From: Sphaeroforma arctica JP610
Taxonomy: Eukaryota
Reading direction: 5' to 3'
Assembly: GCF_001186125.1 (NCBI RefSeq)
Contig: NW_014040027.1
Span: forward strand, 1-37,830
Length of the DNA stretch: 37,830 nt
Shown in pieces: positions 34,319 to 37,830 of this stretch; the stretch's first letter is position 1; the number at the start of each line of letters is the position of its first letter. Position numbers and translations under genes: made by a program. The notes beneath the pieces are model-generated. The model was not told the DNA's origin and ran no database searches. It saw nothing but the letters and a program-made list of their open reading frames with translations.

Positions 34319-36518
34319 ATGGCCGATGTGGATGAGGAAGAAGAGGATTTCGTTTATCCATTATCCCTCAAAATATGCTGGACAGTGGTATTCGCAACGA
34401 CTGCAGTTGCCAGCATACTAATCTCGCTCTACATTGTCGTAAAGTGGCGTAAGCTAAGTAAGCATCAGAGCTATCTCATATTCTTCGTATGGACACTTTT
34501 TGGGAGTGCGCTGATCCAGTTCGATAGGTTAACAGACATGTGGGGGTATGTTGAGTAACACTGCTTGCACTACGTCAACTTAATTGATCAAACACAGTGC
34601 TATCAGCCCGTCGAAATATTCGATGCACATACATTGATGCTGTGACTGGTTGAAGATTTCGATTCCCTAAAATGAATAGAAATAATGAATCATTTATCGT
34701 CGTACTGAATTCATATTGTATAAGTAGTTACGCGGTCAGTAGTGATCAATTTACGTCTTCGTTCATTCCACATCGGTTGTAAGCTGCAATTCCAGTAGAA
34801 CGACGTAAAGGGCGCATTGAACATTTGCCTGCCAAATACACTCGATAAAGATATAATAATAATGGTGAATATGACTGGTTCAAGCTTTATTTGTCGTATT
34901 ATGTGCAGCTGCTCCTGGCCAGTTGTGATCTACCTACCAATATAAGTGTACTTTACTTATCTTATATAAATGAATTTTACGCGATTCCATAGCGGCGATA
35001 ACAGTAAACTAAAATTGCTAAGTATCCTGTTCAACCGGTTGTAAGCTGCTTGTCTAAACTCTAGAATTGTGGTACGAAACTGACATAATGACATGCATGC
35101 TATATCAAAATTTTGCAGGTGGTTGTCGTGGGATTACTGGTCTTGGGGCTTCTATGCCTTTGGCCAAAATCTGCTGGTTGCACCTGAGCTTGTAAGAGCA
35201 TCGCGCCTAGTCACTATATATTATCCAGAGCACGTGAAGCTTCAAGCCAAGCAGTTATCGTCACGGTTTATGCTGATCGCGTTGGCCGTGCTGAATATTC
35301 CAGTACTGGCATTTTATATGGCTCTGGCGTTGACAAAGGACGAAGTCTTCGATTATGTGCTGTATGTAGCTGCTTCTTGTCGAAATTACCTCGATGTGAG
35401 CTCGCCCGTACTTCGGGCATCATTCATAGTAACAAATCTACAAGACAACTTACTTTAGGCTTTCTTCACACGCACAGGGTGACTTATTATTGTTTGCAGC
35501 TCTTGTTGCTCCTTATTGCAACATTTCTGCTGTGGAGGAAACGACTACAACTGAGGCGGTATCAACTATCTGAGACCTGGAACTTGCTGTTCTTCGCTAC
35601 AATGCTTACAATCCTCATTGTGTATGACAATGTCCGCTACTACGAGTTTCAGGTATCTATGCTCAGTATAGAATTGATTCAGATGTCGCAGTTCACATTG
35701 TATTATATTTTTTATTTCCTCCAGTACACGCGTCAATCGTGTCTTCTGCTTCTACACAACAGGAAGAAGCATATGGACAGGCAGCTTTGCATTGGGAATA
35801 CGTGGATGTTATTAGCAACGCAGTGTTCACTTTAATCGTCTTCCGGGTATGGTACAAGCACATTCGGATCATGTGGATTCGTGACTTTGGCGACGGATTC
35901 CCGAGCCATACCAGCGCCTCGGATTACTTTAACACGGACACTGGTATGGGGAATACGATACAGAGCGGGTTTAACAACGGTCTTCGTAGAATATCGAATG
36001 CGGGTATCTATGTGGTCGGTACAGTCAGTGGAACTATGCGCAGACGAGCAACCACTACTAATTTAAAATCTACAGACGACACTATAGTGGAAAACCCCAA
36101 CTCTCTCTCTCACGACCGTGCCTTGACCATCGCCATAGGGGGGGTCAGAGCAAGAGCCATGACCAGCATGTGCATGACACATAATACAGTAATGCCGGAA
36201 GATGCACTGATTGAAGAAGCGGACGAAGACTTCAACAAAGAGCGTAGATGGAGCCGTTTATCCAAGTGCTTATCACACCCCAGCAGAAGCTCACAGCAAT
36301 ACGAGGTCAATCAGTTCAGAGACTTGGACTTCGACGCGTTTACGGCTGCTCCTACTTCGAGTGTGGGCACCTTCCTGGGAGAGAGTATCAGAAGCATTGG
36401 CAGGCGATTGTCCACTACGCGACAATTATCGATGAGAAGTCTGCGATCGACCACACTTGAAGGAACACAGAATGCGAACCCCGATAGAAGGGCACAGTCA
36501 CTTCCTGACATTTTATAG
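34319..36518 (+). CDS. Orphan seven-transmembrane GPCR-like protein, paralog B with long Ser/Thr/Arg-rich C-tail, 4 exons, 466 aa
   Basis: Exons 34319-34545, 35119-35361, 35478-35652, 35763-36518; canonical GT-AG with consistent phases. Aligns with paralog A across the 7TM region. Confidence 0.88.
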
Positions 36519-36723
36519 CTCCATTAAATATAACACTTAAACTAAGTATACCATAATATAATTTCTATTACAAGCTTTTGCAACCGAGAACATAATTACA
36601 ATGGTAAAAGTTCCTTTTACCCTACGACTTGGTGCTACTATTGCCACCAGGGAGCTGTTGCCAATATTAAATGCACCGTGTTGGCCTTTGGGTATAGAAT
36701 AGCGTCATAGTCCGAGTTCATGG

Positions 36724-37052
36724 TGTTTCACTGATACATAAATTAGTCTGCTACTATACGACGTATACATTGTTCGAATATATATATTGGTTCACGATCA
36801 GGTGAAATACGCAAGTGAACCTAGCCAAGTAAAATCTTCAAAACTAAATGCGTTGCATGGCCGGGCAGAATTGTACGATACGGTATTATGTTTCACTAAT
36901 ACATAATCCCAGTCTGCTACTATACGACGTATACATTGTTCGAACATATATCGATTCACGATCAGGTGGAATACGCAAGCGAACCTAGCCAAGTAAAATC
37001 TTCGGAACTAAATGCGATGCATGGAAGGGCACAATTGTCCGATACGGTACTA
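36724..37052. repeat. Tandem duplication of ~165 bp, high identity
   Basis: Units start tgtttcact at 36724 and 36889 and share agtctgctactatacgacgtatacattgttcgaa...gaacctagccaagtaaaatcttc...gatacggta. Confidence 0.93.
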
Positions 37053-37830
37053 GGCACTAAACCATGAGAAGGCTGGGACCTGATCAGCATGAGTATAAGA
37101 GATTGATAACCTTGGAAACAGCGGTAAGTACAAGACTTACTATTTGTTCGCCGAAGCTCGCAATAAATTCGAACCGTCCGACGATTCCAGTTTGCAGCAA
37201 TCTCGAATCTGTACTCTGTAGATATTTTGTTCATACCCTATTTGCACACCAATACACTACAGATATGGAAGGTTAGAGGTAACTAGTTTCACCTCTCCCT
37301 CATAAGCATCAAACTTCCTGTTTCTTCTATACGTAACACATGCTAGTTCGCATCAAACCTTACGGTGCATCTCAACTAATATTTGAAAATACACGGATGT
37401 GAATGAATTATTTTATAGTAAAAGCATAGAAAATTGGTAAATGAATAATCCGATCAGACGATCACCCACAAGAAGTTGAGGTAGGCTTGAGGCCAAAACT
37501 ATAAAAACATAACTCTTCTATCTAAAACAGATACAAGGCTGAAATCCGAGAATCAATTATCTCAAATACATATTACCCAACAGTCAATCTTTAGCTCACA
37601 GGACAACATATCATATATATATCATGTCTGGTCTAGGTGCGGCATGGTCAAGCTACTCACAGCCCGACCCGGCTCAAGAATTGTATGTATATGCGGAGGG
37701 TTGCTTTTGTCCTCTTATGCGTACTATATCTATCGTCGAAGGAGGGCAGTACAGACGGTTGCAATTTTATTATCTTCTTACAATTGAATGTCGTAACGAA
37801 ATACAAGTCTATATAGTGAAGACATTTAGG

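Overview
Eukaryotic, intron-rich, AT-rich genomic DNA with GT-AG introns (often GTATGT donors), many (TA)n/(CA)n tracts and two N gaps. The style suggests a unicellular opisthokont such as an ichthyosporean (inference only). Most listed ORFs are spurious or single exons. Contents: (1) the 3' end of an unidentified + strand gene (87-916); (2) a possible small spliced gene with a PPxY motif and a PIF/Harbinger-type MITE (3470-3857) in its putative intron; (3) a complete cohesin SMC1 gene on the - strand (5656-23295; 27 hand-assembled exons, 1230 aa, one GC-AG intron); (4) a head-to-head small ArfGAP gene (23866-26604), with a palindromic E2F-like site in the shared promoter; (5) a frameshifted - strand ORF region near 28.2-29.2 kb; (6) a CpG-poor element carrying a perfect 15-bp hairpin with pseudoknot potential near 32.1 kb; (7) two tandem paralogous orphan 7TM GPCR-like genes (32687-33729 and 34319-36518). 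The most unusual pattern: several SMC1 introns between exons 14 and 21 begin with decayed tandem copies ('echoes') of the preceding exon's 3' end and splice donor, and every echo donor I could place would give a frameshift or stop if used.
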